From Octopus sinensis (Eukaryota), in NCBI RefSeq assembly GCF_006345805.1, contig NC_043011.1:18178464-18211463 (forward strand): 33,000 nucleotides of DNA, read 5' to 3'. Shown in pieces: positions 1 through 11,357 of the stretch. Below the pieces are notes generated by a model that saw nothing but the letters and a program-made list of their open reading frames with translations, was not told the origin of the DNA and searched no databases. Each line of letters begins with the position of its first letter. The first letter of the stretch is position 1. The translations under genes were made by a program, and so were the position numbers.

Positions 1-421
1 ACCGACATTAAACATCGGTCTTTTATAGATATTTTTGTGACAAGTAAATATAACTTTTAGTCTAACATTTTGAATTATTAATTTTTTCTACCTATTTTCT
101 TACCTATTGATGTAAATCAACTAAATATACCTTACCGTAGTTTTTATATATAAACCATTTTACCCCTTTTCTATAATGTTCTACAATTGATTATATATTT
201 TTTATTGTATTTTAAATCTAGCTCGTATTTATTTATTTACAAAAATTACTCTTAGTCATATATCTCTATAAATTTCATACTCAGCTTATATAAAACTATG
301 CTGGTATATTCAATATTTAAAATTTAAAAAATATGCTTAGACTAAATTTGTTACTATTTAATATATAAATTTTAACGTATTCCTTTAAATTAATTTTCAT
401 TTATTAATACCAATAAATACC

Positions 422-586
422 TATTTCTTTATTACCCACAAAGGGCTAAACCCAGAGAGGACAAACAACGACAGAGAAACGGATCAAATCGATTATATCG
501 TCCCCAGTGCATAACTGGTACTTATTTAATCGACCCCGAAAGGATGAAAGGTAATGTCGACCTCGGCGGAATTTGAACTCACAACG
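422..586 (-). mobile_element. tRNA-derived SINE family A, 5'-truncated copy with a perfect 17-bp target-site duplication
   Basis: Reverse complement matches the B-box/core/tail of the full-length copy at 25810-26043 (GAGTTCAAATTCCGCCGAGGTCGAC..CCTTTCATCCTTTCGGGG..AAAGAAATA). TAATACCAATAAATACC is present at both 405-421 and 587-603. Confidence 0.92.
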
Positions 587-1370
587 TAATACCAATAAAT
601 ACCATTTTATAAATAATTATAAATATATGTTAAGTTAGTATTTTTATATATAAATAGGGAACTATTTCTAAATTTTCTGTCCCTCTGTTGTGTTAAAGTT
701 TTGATATATACTGAAAGTATTCAAAAATATTCTTCTTAATATTCTTTAGATTAACCCTAAAATGTATCTGTGTATATACAAATAACATTATTTTATACTA
801 GGTAAATGTACTGCTACTATATGAAAAGATTCTTCCTGTCCCATAAGCATTGGTCTACATAATAGCAGCTAACATCTAGTCTGAAGTATCTTCTTACTGA
901 ACCAAATGGCTTTGCTTCAAAGAAATCTTGATTTATGACTATGCCACTTAAATTGTCTATCTACTTTGCCCTATCCCGCAATGATACTATACCCTGTCTT
1001 CTCTCAGGAAATAAGGAAAAAAGGAATCTGCACATGCAGAACGTAACTTAGAAGCAGCGCTACGGATGTACTAGCACACACGAGATTGAGACATGGCCGA
1101 CCTCACACACTTCTCATGAGGAATTCCGGAAGGAGTATCGAGAGACCACTGCCTAGACACTTCTACAAAATAAAAAAGAAAAACCGTTAGAAAACCGATT
1201 ATAGCAGTGACTCCCTCTAAGAGTATCTGAATAAAGAATATTATTCCGAAATATCATATCAGACTATGGATGACTAAATTACAGCAGGTATAAAATGCAT
1301 TGTCTATAACATTCACAACTTTTATTCTTTACACACAATACACAATGCTTCAAGCGAACTACAGTACACT

Positions 1371-1371
<1 letters not shown>

Positions 1372-1406
<35 letters not shown>

Positions 1407-1487
1407 GAGAGAGAGAGAGGTAGGTAGATACATAAATCGATACATATATAAATACATACATAGATGTATATGTATATGTATGTATTC

Positions 1488-1528
<41 letters not shown>

Positions 1529-1597
1529 CCTGTGCGTGTGTCTGTGCGCGCGTGTGCCAGCGTGTACGCACGTGTGTGTGTGTGTGTGTGTGTGTGC
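1372..1597. repeat. Compound microsatellite (TA)n-(GA)n-(TATG)n-(TG)n
   Basis: Directly visible. It explains ORFs 1464..1646 and 1480..1695. Confidence 0.95.
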
Positions 1598-3077
1598 ATT
1601 ACATGGAAGAACGAATATTTTACTTCCCTTATATTTACTTATCTAGAATCAGCTTCATCATAATCATACAATCACGTCTAGAAGTTTTGCGTTGATGTAT
1701 GTGAAATTCTGTGACAAAGTATATAATTGTTTCATGATAAGAATTGCAGTAGACTACTCTAGGAAATTATCTCGCTTTCTTTTTCCTGCATCAAGAAGAA
1801 ATGCCGGAAAAATCAATCATTTTAGAAGACCTATAAACAAAGGAAATGTTTATAAATAAATTATACAATCTTCTATGTTGATGATTAGACTGCATTACAT
1901 TACACTTTTAATTTATTCTGCGACTTCTGTTATTTAGATACTGATTGATAGATATACTTTTGTGGCACAGCCGCTAAATTCATGAAAATGAACTAAATTC
2001 TGCTCTTTATAGGAAAACTGTTTCTAATGCAATGGAACACACACACACACACATACATACACACACATATTCGTATATGTATAAATCTATATGGAGTGCG
2101 AAGAACACGCGAGAGGATGGCAAATTTTTGTATGTTTAACTATGTATTGTATCATTTCAAGTGGTGCCTGGTCCTATAATCATATATCGTGGATTTTATC
2201 AAGTAGTATGCACTATTGATACTGATTCTTATTCTGAAAATTGTTCAATAAGCAGAAAGAACATGGGGACTTTCGCAGTCATAAGAGAATGTATATTATG
2301 GATATGGACCGGAGCATGTTTGTGTAATCATTAAATAATTGAGATATTTTACCTTTTTACCCAAATATGGCACTATGTATATACTAAATTATTGCTAGAT
2401 AATTTCTAGAGCCCATTATACTGATATTTCTTAGATGATTTCATTTTATGCATGCGTCTGATCATTTACTATAAATTTGCATTCTGTTACCTTAGTTTTA
2501 TTTTGACCAAAAGTTAAAGGTGTATGAACCTTTAATAAATTTTCCGATAGGAAAGCTATATTCGAATGTAGCTTACACAAAACTTAAGCTAGTCTTGTAA
2601 GTTATTTCTCTTTATATAATATACAAATGATATTAATTTTTGTAATGGTACAAGAAAATCAATTCAATAATTACTATCTGTAACGATTAACACTGTCTAA
2701 TATAACTGTTTTATTACGAGCGCTTCAAACAAACATCTGGACCATGGAGTGTCAGTTATGAATTAATTTAGAATAATTATAATGTTACATGGCATTCAAT
2801 CTGTTTTTGTAGACATTAACGATCAAAATGTTAAAACGAAGATTTTCTTGAGTTTCAGTTGATAGGTATAGGATTTATTTTTTAATTTAAAATGTTTTAA
2901 TTTTGTCAGTTCATTTGGAACAGTGAATATTTGGTTGCCGATACAGACGTATGTTACGGAAATGACATATTTATGTAAAAGACGCAACAGCAGTGATTGT
3001 TCGGTTATTCCTGTTTACGTTCTAATTTACTTGATGGGAATAACTCACAAAAATCTAACAAATTTTATATTCAATAA

Positions 3078-3237
3078 TATTCTTGTCTAAACTATGCCCG
3101 ACATTTTGGAGGAACGGCCAGTCGATTGCATCAACCCCAGCACGCAATTGATCCTTAATATATTGACTCCAAAAAGATGAAAGGCACAGTCGAACTCGGC
3201 GGAATTTGAACTCAGAACTAAAAGACGGACGAAACAC
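3078..3237 (-). mobile_element. SINE family A, older copy with a variant 3' tail (unit 3 of the tandem array)
   Basis: Diverged core (AAAAAGATGAAAGGCACAGTCGAACTCGGCGGAATTTGAACTCAG on +). Its tail differs from units 1 and 2 and resembles the tail of the 9007-9203 copy. Confidence 0.8.
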
Positions 3238-3421
3238 TTATTTCTTTACTACTCTCAAGGGGCTAAACACAAACAGGACAAACAAGGACAGACAAACGGA
3301 TTAAGTCGATTTTATCGACCCCAGTGGCTAACTGGTACTTATTTAATCGACCCCGAATGGATGAAAGGCAAAGTCGACCTCGGCGGAATTTGAACTCAGA
3401 ACTAAAAGACGGACAAAATAC
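3238..3421 (-). mobile_element. SINE family A, 5'-truncated 184-bp unit (unit 2 of the tandem array)
   Basis: 184-bp period with unit 1 (CGGATTAAGT at 3297 and 3481). In SINE orientation it starts at the internal GTATTT motif. Confidence 0.92.
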
Positions 3422-3651
3422 TTATGTCTTTACTACCCACAAGGGGCTAAACACAAACAGAACAAATAAGGACAGACAAACGGATTAAGTCGATTTTATC
3501 GGCCCCAGTGGCTAACTGGTACTTATTTAATCGACCCCGAAAGGATGAAAGGCAAAGTCGACCTCGGCGGTATTTGAACTCAGAATGTAACGGCAGACAA
3601 AATAACGCAAAGCATTTCGCCCGGCGTGCTACCGTTTCTGCCAGCTCGCCG
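3422..3651 (-). mobile_element. SINE family A, full-length copy (unit 1 of the tandem array)
   Basis: Complete tRNA-like head (reverse complement GGCGAGCTGGCAGAAACGGTAGCACGCCGGGCGAAATGC) plus core and tail, matching 25810-26043. Confidence 0.93.
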
Positions 3652-4586
3652 ACATTATATTCAACATTACCATTTAACATTTACGTTTAGTAAGTATAAC
3701 ACTTATATTTTCAATACCACTCATTTAAAGTCTATACCGTAACCATTGTCCGATAAATAATATTCATGTATTTAATTTATCTAAAAATAATCCATTCGAT
3801 CCATTCAGTTTAAATTGTGATATGATCCAATGTAGCCATCAATGAGTTGTGTAGGAATAAACAGACAGTTCCTAATAAAATAATCATGAATGGAAAATTC
3901 TTCACATCTTTGAGATTAGCACCTTATCAGACTATCCTGATCAATGGTTTTTCCATCATTAAGCCTATGCTATTAAATATTGAAGCAAAATAACATTCTT
4001 ATTTTACTTTGCTCAGACGTCCTTGGATTAGATTATTATTTACAATGTTCTAGACTGGTCACTTCATTGCATTTGATATTTTCAGTTTGAATACTTATAA
4101 CAGATTCAACGAGGTGATAAGGTTGAGATCTCTAGACCTGTATTCCGGTGATATATTATGGCACTGTATGGCCCAGAGTTTTGACAATAATGGCATAAAC
4201 ATATGAATGTAGGCAGAGGAAATAATCAAGTAGCAACTTCAGGGGAGTGAAATCTTTTTTTTATTATTGATAAAAGAATTAGACATTTTATCAGTGTACG
4301 AGCAAATTAATGCACTGGGGAGATAAGCTAAAAAAAAAAAAAAATTCAATGGCCTCAGATTAGATGCGGTCTAGGATGCCACACATAAGTAAAAGTGCCA
4401 CATAAAATTTAGCTTCATTACAGTTAGGAAGATAATTTAACCTTAATGAATGTCTGTAAATGTTCAGGTTCGGAGTTTATTCTGATGCTATAATGTAGAT
4501 CTAGACTGTTCGATGCATGTTGCTAGTATACGTGACTTACGACCGGCCTGAATGAACAAGATATTTCTCCTTGATATAATTATCTT

Positions 4587-4816
4587 TTTTTCTTTATTGC
4601 CCACAAGGGGCTAAACATAGAGAGGACAAACAAGGACGGACAAAGGGATTAAGTCGATTACATCGACCCCAGTGCGAAACTGTTACTTTTATTTATCGAC
4701 CCCGAAAGGATGAAAGGCAAAGTCGACCTCGGCGGAATTTGAACTCAGAACGTAACGACAGAGGAAATACCGCTAAGCATTCCGCCCGGCGCGCTAACGT
4801 GTCTGCCAGCTTGCCG
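4587..4816 (-). mobile_element. SINE family A, full-length copy
   Basis: Colinear with 3422-3651 and the reverse complement of 25810-26043. A-box-like TGGCAGAC and B-box-like GAGTTCAAATTCC on the minus strand. Confidence 0.93.
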
Positions 4817-6152
4817 ATATATTTATCAACGTCAAATAACACGTCAACAGTTTACAAGGCATGGGTTTTGTACTGCACCTTCTTTATACAGGGCGAAAGA
4901 TATATTTTAGGCTGCGCGAGACAAGTGTTTATTTATTGTTCATAAAGTTAGGAGAATAAAAGTAAGCTAAAATAGCCATATAGACATATTACTTTTATGC
5001 AGTCGTTCGTTAGGAAATAAATTACATTTCAAATCATGACGCAAAAGATGAATATTGTGTTCCGCGTGAGAGTGTACCACAGAGTGCGGCTGAAATAATG
5101 TTATCAAACGATAGCGAGTGAGTTAGTTGTTTTTGTGTCAATGGGTGCGGAATACAAGGACAGTTGTGAATAATATATGAGCATTCGAAGGTTATGCGTT
5201 TGCTTTTTGGTGTGTATATATTTGGGAGGCTAATATTTTATAGATGCTTATTTGGGGTGTGAAATTTTTGCGATGAACATATAGATGTAAATACATAAAA
5301 TATTTCCAGTAAAAGGTGAATCCTTTATTTAAAGTATCAAGCTGTGGCGTACCAAATCGGAACATTTAGTCATTGCTTGTACAGAAATTGCGATATTGGG
5401 AATTTTGTACAAAACAAATTGCCCCAGGGAGAATTAGATAAATATAGAACAGTGGGTATGAATTTACATTTGGGTGTAATGGACAGCGGTGGAGTAAAAC
5501 GGCTGAACTGTGATATCTTTAAAATTTCTGTGTGATTGCAGCGACTCTCGAGCAATGTGACTCAATTAGGAGAAATGCAACTGTATCCATGTTGATAATC
5601 CAGACTGACCCGAAGAGAATTTCTCTAAACAGCCACTTCTCTGATTGTTATAATGTACCCAAAATTATGGAACTTATAACTTAGCTAATTAACTGAGGAT
5701 TAAGTTGAACTGTGATGGTTTGTTAGAGGTTCTTTGTAAATTGCAGTCATTGGTTTTCTAACACCAGAATATAAATTTCCAAAGAATATTTCAATTTATT
5801 CCATGCATTTTCATTCATTAATTATACGTAAACTCTTTATGAATAGAGTTTATGTGTAACACGTTCCTAACTTTTATATATTTGTTTTGCAAGATTTTTG
5901 ATGTGAAATCGTATGTCGATACAGATATTGTTGTATTTAGGAACGATCATTTTGCCAGTTTAGCCAATTAAAACACACGCACTATATATTTGGCCGAAAT
6001 AAGATTAAGATTAATGTAAGAAATAAATAACGCTGAAGCAAAGTAACAACAAATATATAGTGCGGGTGCTTTTATTGGCTAAACTGGTAAAATGACCATT
6101 CCTAAATACAAAGTTCTTACAGAGAAAACTGTATATACCAGCAAAGACTTAC

Positions 6153-6183
6153 CTCGAAAGCCCTGGTGCTGCTCACTTGAATC
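6153..6183 (-). other. Candidate 31-nt internal exon of an unidentified host gene
   Basis: Minus strand reads TTTTGTCCACTCTTCAG|GATTCAAGTGAGCAGCACCAGGGCTTTCGAG|GTAAGT: consensus acceptor and donor. Two frames are open (DSSEQHQGFR or IQVSSTRAFE). No homology recognised. Confidence 0.35.
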
Positions 6184-7102
6184 CTGAAGAGTGGACAAAA
6201 TGTACAGTCAATTTTTTCTATTCATAATTGTAATGGGAATTCCTGTGTTGATGCGAGCTCTGCGTTGTTTGTTTCAAGTGATAATATTACCTTTTCATAA
6301 AGCAACCAAACAAGAAAAGAAACAGTGCATACTCGCTCGATACGTAGATACCGAGGATTGCATAAAAGGAAATTCAATGGAAATTAACCTAGTCAATATC
6401 ATATAAAACACATTACATGGAATGTTTGAGTAAGAAAAAATGCTTGAATCCGAAATAGACATAAAACACAGCTATTTCTATAATATAATCAAAAATGCTA
6501 GCTAGAAATAACAAGGAAATCATGTTTCAAACGTCTATCTGTGATCGGTACAACATTATAATAGGCACTTTATATCTTTTGTATTGTATACAAATCAAAA
6601 GACCTTCTGCACTATCACGTCAAAGGGTTTGATAATTACTGTAACAGATATATAGGAAATGCTACAAAAATCACGCCGTTTGTGCGCGTGTTTTCAATAG
6701 GAATGTGACTGAAACAATAAAAGACTAGTTTGTAATTCGTTCGGTATTTCCGTGCTGAGCTAACGTTTATTTCTTTAGATTAAGTAAATGTGCACATCTT
6801 AGAAACATTAATGAGAAGATTTCCAAAAGTTTTCGCTATTCTCCGCTTGCATCCCGTGTTCGATTTCAACTGGTTGATTTGTATTGATATTGAAGTGGTT
6901 TCTAGTGAATATATCCATCTTCCAATATTTCTTTTATTGTATTTTGCTGTCATGTCAGTAGGAATCATACATGGAGTGTATAGGGATGAGCAGAAACTAA
7001 GAAACGATTAATGGGGTTCATTTTTCCAATCGTTGTATGTCTATGTATTTATTCCTCTACTTGTTCTCCTGCGTTTTCCTGCTACTGTTGTTCATTTTGC
7101 AG

Positions 7103-7320
7103 TTTTTCTTCTTTTTCTTCTTCTTCTTCTTCTTCTTCTTCTTCTTCTTCTTCTTCTTTTCTTCTTCTTCTTCTTCTTCGTCTTTTTCTTCTTCTTCTTC
7201 TTCTACTTCTTCTTCTTCATCTTCTTTTCGTTATATTTTCCTTCTTTTTCATTTTTTTCTCTTTTTCTTCTTATTTTTTTCTCTCTTTCACTTTTTCTCT
7301 CTCATTCTTTCAGTCTTTTC

Positions 7321-7357
<37 letters not shown>

Positions 7358-7606
7358 TTTATATTTTCCTTCGTTTTTATCTTCTTCTTTTTCTTCTCTT
7401 CTTTATTTTCTCGTTTTCTCTTTTTTCTCTCTTCCTTTCCCTCTTCCTTACTATCTTTCTTCTCTTTCTTCTTCGTCTTCTTCTTCTTCTTCTTCTTCTT
7501 CTTCTTCTTCTTCTACTTCTTCTTCTTCTTCTTCTCCACCACCACCACCGCTTCTCCTCCTCCCTCTTCTTCTTCTTCTTCTTCTTCCCTTCTGCTTCTT
7601 CTTCTT
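7103..7606. repeat. ~500-bp polypyrimidine tract: (CTT)n, (TTTC)n and degenerate CT-rich sequence
   Basis: Directly visible. It generates the S/F/L-rich ORFs 7011..7727, 7033..7608, 7037..7636 and 7451..7708. Confidence 0.97.
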
Positions 7607-7639
7607 GACGTTAATACTTTTTCGTATTTCAGATAATTT

Positions 7640-8615
7640 AATAAACGCCATCAAACACCAACACCAAACAATGTCCATCCAGACAAGTAGAGCACGTGCG
7701 ATTCGCATAAAGAAGCAATCAGCGTAATAGGCGTTTGGTTAGATGATATGTGAGGTGGTGTGAAAGGCTGACAAACGTGCTCATTCTTTTCCAACGAATT
7801 GACAGGCACCGAGTGGATTACCAAACAATGTCAAGTAAGAGCATACAAAGAAAACAGCATCGGCACATTCAGGTCGTATCTAGAAAGAATATTCTGTAGA
7901 CCAACAGAAAAACTTTAGCTTAGGCCATCTGTAATTCAAATTGGTTGCATACGTAGCCAACGAAATTTGCGATTGGCACGGTCAACTAGATAGTCTCCAT
8001 GGACAGGAACCCGGCTACTTCAAAATAAAACGGGGCACCATGAAAACAGATGAGGACTTGAAGGAGTAGAGTAGATTCGTAAACAACCTATATATTTTAG
8101 TGCTGAAAATTGCTTTTGAATTAGAGTTTAATAAGAAAAATAGCAAATAATTACAGAGTAGAAAGAGGCCTACTTATTAATCAAGAAGAGGCGATTTAGA
8201 AAGTCATTTCAACTGCAATGCTATCGATGAGTTTGACGTTTGATAGATTTGTCAACACTAAACACGGAAATAGCTTTGCTGGATTTGTGTCATGGGAAAA
8301 CTGTTTGTGGAAGAGGCCAATAAGAAAACAAAGCCATATTAACGATTAGAGGTCCTTACTATTCGATTACACATCAGGTGCGTTTAGATTTTCCGTGAAA
8401 GTTTGCTCAATTCTTCAGTGTGGGGGTGCACTGGATACGAGGAATGGACTGTACCGACTATCTCAGTGTTCTCCTGCGGCCCTAGCAGCTGAAATGCGAA
8501 AATCTATACTTGGCTGCATGAGTGAGAAGTTACTGAAGCTGAACGGTTTGCCCTAGCAGATTTAATTTCATATGCTAGATTTGTTCGAGGACCTATTGTC
8601 AGACACATTCTGCAA
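7640..8615 (+). mobile_element. Heavily decayed non-LTR retrotransposon RT fragment, possibly RTE clade
   Basis: GC-richer block. Scattered translations fall in the expected RT order across frameshifts: SVDQQK (7893-7910, cf. DSVDR.KLW), HGQEPGYFKIKRG (7998-8036, cf. G..T..F.I..GV.QG), SILQCG (cf. SILLYG) and IVRHIL (8595-8612, cf. L.GHIL). Recognition is from memory only. Confidence 0.35.
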
Positions 8616-9006
8616 CCAATCCCACCTTTATTTATTTTTTATCTTATCTTGCGTGTGTTAATAAAAATAATGCAGTTCTTGATTTGAACTGCCACGCGTT
8701 ATTCCATGCATATAATTAAAATGACAAATGCATCAATTATTGATGAAAAATAAGTGCGCAAGAAGTTTCGGAAATCATGCAGTGAACGAAACATCATGTC
8801 TTCACTTTTCTTTCCTGCATGTACAGAGTGTTCCCTTGTCTTGTTTACGACCATATAACTCGCATAGATCATTTCCTTCTACCTTCAAAAGTAGATTTTA
8901 GAAAACGCTAATTATAGAACGTAACACATTGTTTGACACAACAGAATAGAATTATTTAAAAAGATATATATCATTCAGGAGATTATGAATGTGAAAATAT
9001 TCACTT

Positions 9007-9203
9007 AAAATTTTGGGACAAGGACAATAATTTCAGAGGAAGCGATAAGACGATTATATCACCTCCAATGCTCAGCAGGTATTTGTTTCTTCGACCCCGA
9101 AAGGCAAACTCGACTTCGCTAAAATTTGAACTCTGAACGTAAAGGGGACGAAACGTTGTAAATCATTTCCTGGGTGAGCTAATGATTATGCTAGCTCATT
9201 ACC
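9007..9203 (-). mobile_element. SINE family A, old diverged copy (variant tail)
   Basis: CGACCCCGAAAGGCAAACTCGACTTCGCTAAAATTTGAACTCTGAACGTAAAG matches the family A core with an internal deletion. GCTAGCTCA at the right end matches the head. Confidence 0.75.
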
Positions 9204-10478
9204 TTAATTGAAAATGCGATGAAAATGAAGCACCTATATAGAGACACTGAAGGAGAATATGACACGCACACTGGTCCCTTCTGCGAAGGGAACTGATGTG
9301 AATTGACTCCCTTGACTGTGACTTACTGTCAAGTATGTTTTGCACCAGATTCAGCTATAACTACACTGCATCCAATAGCGGAAAAAGCTGCAACACAATG
9401 GACTTCATAAGATAAACGCTTATTCTTTTATCATCTATTTTTCTTATTACCACATCGTACACGTCTACCGCTTCGTTTAGATGCATACGTACATTGAGAT
9501 CTATACCAGGATATTAGTAAGGCAAAACCTGTGCGAAATACGTGGTTGTGTGCGTGTGTGCATGTGTGTGCAAGTGTATATATGTGCGTGCTTGTGTATC
9601 GGGGGAGGAGGATTTTTTTTCTTATTTGTCACTTTCGTATTGATTAAATGAATAAATTTTCGAGCGAAATTCAGAATACAACAAAGCATACACGTGTATT
9701 AATTAAATAGGTATGCTTGCATAGGTATATAAATCTATGTGTCACTGAAACAAGAAGAGTTTGTAATCAATAAAAACGATCGCGTATAGAGATGTTAGCT
9801 ACTACTAAATTTGCCCAGATCAAAGTCAAACTACGCAATTAAATGAGAACATTAAGGAAGTAGTTATATAATATAAATCAGATTTAATAAACTGATTTAT
9901 GTCCAATTAATAGTTTATATTTAGTTCTTTGAAAACGGTGACATTAAGCTAAACAGGTTGCAGAACACATTTGAAGTTTCTACATACTTACATTGACGTA
10001 TACATACACGTATGTAAATAAGTATATTTTCCTTGAGATTCATCTAAGTTCTTCTACGCTGAAATCAATCAGCTCATTAAAGATTCTTTGAATGAATCAT
10101 GATATTTCTAGGAAAATTTAGTTCTCGACTCTCTGATCTGCGCATGCAATTATGTGTATGTATAGGGCATATGCATTTTAGTATACTAGTATGCAATAAA
10201 ATTTTATACATGGTGTGAGCACAAACACATGATTGATTGCATTTGTCTGTTAGAGGCGAACGAACGTTTTAGAAATTTGTAATGTATCGATTCAATTTGA
10301 TATTTCTCCGAAACCTCAAGAATATCAAGACAAAATCGCATGTAAATTTGTTCTTATAATACGAAAGCAACTAGATAAATAGTAAAATGAGAAGTTAAAG
10401 GAAGTAAATCTTTACTCTGCTAGTTACACATTATGTTAGCATAAATTTCTCGCTTTCGATATGTTTAAATAACACATA

Positions 10479-11001
10479 TACGAGGTGCTGAAAAGTTCCT
10501 CGCTTAAAGGTTATCATGAAAGGCTTGTTTGTGGAGGCACATGGCCTAGTGGTTAGAGCAGCGGACTCGTGGTCGATGCATCGCAGGTTCGAATCTCAGA
10601 CCGGGTGATGTGTGTGTTTCTGAACGAAGCACCTAAGCTCCACGCGGATCCGGCAGAAGGTAATGGCGAACTTCTGCTGACTCTTTCGCCACAACTTTCT
10701 CTCACTCTTTCCTCCTGCATCATGCAGCTCACCTGCAACCTATACGCCAAGGAAACCGAAAAGCCGGCCCTTATGAGCCAGGCATGGTTCGAGAAGGAAC
10801 AAAAGAAGAAGAAAAAAAAGGAGAAAGGCCTGTTTGGTGACAGAATCTTCTGAGTTCTGTCACAGGTCGTAGAAAAACTCATGAACCGCTGCAATATGTG
10901 TGGGAATCTGAGAGAGGAATACTTTGAATAAAATCATAATTAACTGATCATCTTGTATTTTCTTCTACCCAAAGCCAAGAGCTTTTCAGCACCCCGTCGT
11001 A
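10479..11001 (+). mobile_element. Mariner-derived non-autonomous element (MITE) interrupted by a SINE
   Basis: TA-flanked imperfect TIRs: TACGAGGTGCTGAAAAGTTCCTCGCTT (10479-10505) and AAGCCAAGAGCTTTTCAGCACCCCGTCGTA (10972-11001). Internal 10872-10931 encodes EKLMNRCNMCGNLREEYFE*, resembling a mariner transposase C-terminus. Confidence 0.85.
10532..10822 (+). mobile_element. tRNA-derived SINE family C, copy 1 (28-bp internal deletion), with a 14-bp TSD
   Basis: A box TGGCCTAGTGG, B box GGTTCGAATC and an A/G-rich tail. TSD GAAAGGC(T/C)TGTTTG at 10518-10531 and 10823-10836. Colinear with 11358-11653 and 30837-31125. Confidence 0.93.
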
Positions 11002-11357
11002 CATTAGCCACACAAGCGTGCTCTCTGTTGTCTTGTGAATTTTCTTCCATGTTGGATACAAAATATCTGCTCTGCTCTGTATGAAATGGAATATTGTTTG
11101 TATCGATGTGTTACATTTGTAAAGTTATGAATATATTATATTTCTGATATCATTAAGTTAGAGATTCATCTTTTCTACGGAATAATATCCATGATACCTT
11201 GTCTCGTATGATAGTACTTTGCGGAATTAGCCATGCCGCGTTCGACGATGTGGGTTATAATTCGCGCACCAGTATGGCACAATAGTCATTTTATAAACAA
11301 AATGGTGTATTGGAGGCAAACCTGCCTGTTTTGTCGATGAGTAATTTACTAGCTATC

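Noticed and set aside
1000-1175. Possible RTE C-terminal relic (GRPHTLL-like translation) behind a plus-strand acceptor-like site
   Set aside because: Similarity needs several assumed frameshifts, and all frames close quickly.
3238-3651. Direct-repeat array superficially like CRISPR or satellite DNA
   Set aside because: The units are 184-bp SINE copies with no unique spacers, in a eukaryotic context.
4980-5650. Slightly GC-richer block with short ORFs on both strands
   Set aside because: No recognisable motif in any frame; probably an old TE but unsupported.
7011-7727. Long ORFs (238, 191 and 199 aa) that look like membrane or low-complexity proteins
   Set aside because: All three frames are open only because the (CTT)n tract lacks stop codons; this is an artefact.
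10532-10610. tRNA-like sequences with A and B boxes (also at 11358, 25810 and 30837)
   Set aside because: They continue into multi-copy SINE bodies and lack a proper acceptor stem; these are SINE heads, not tRNA genes.
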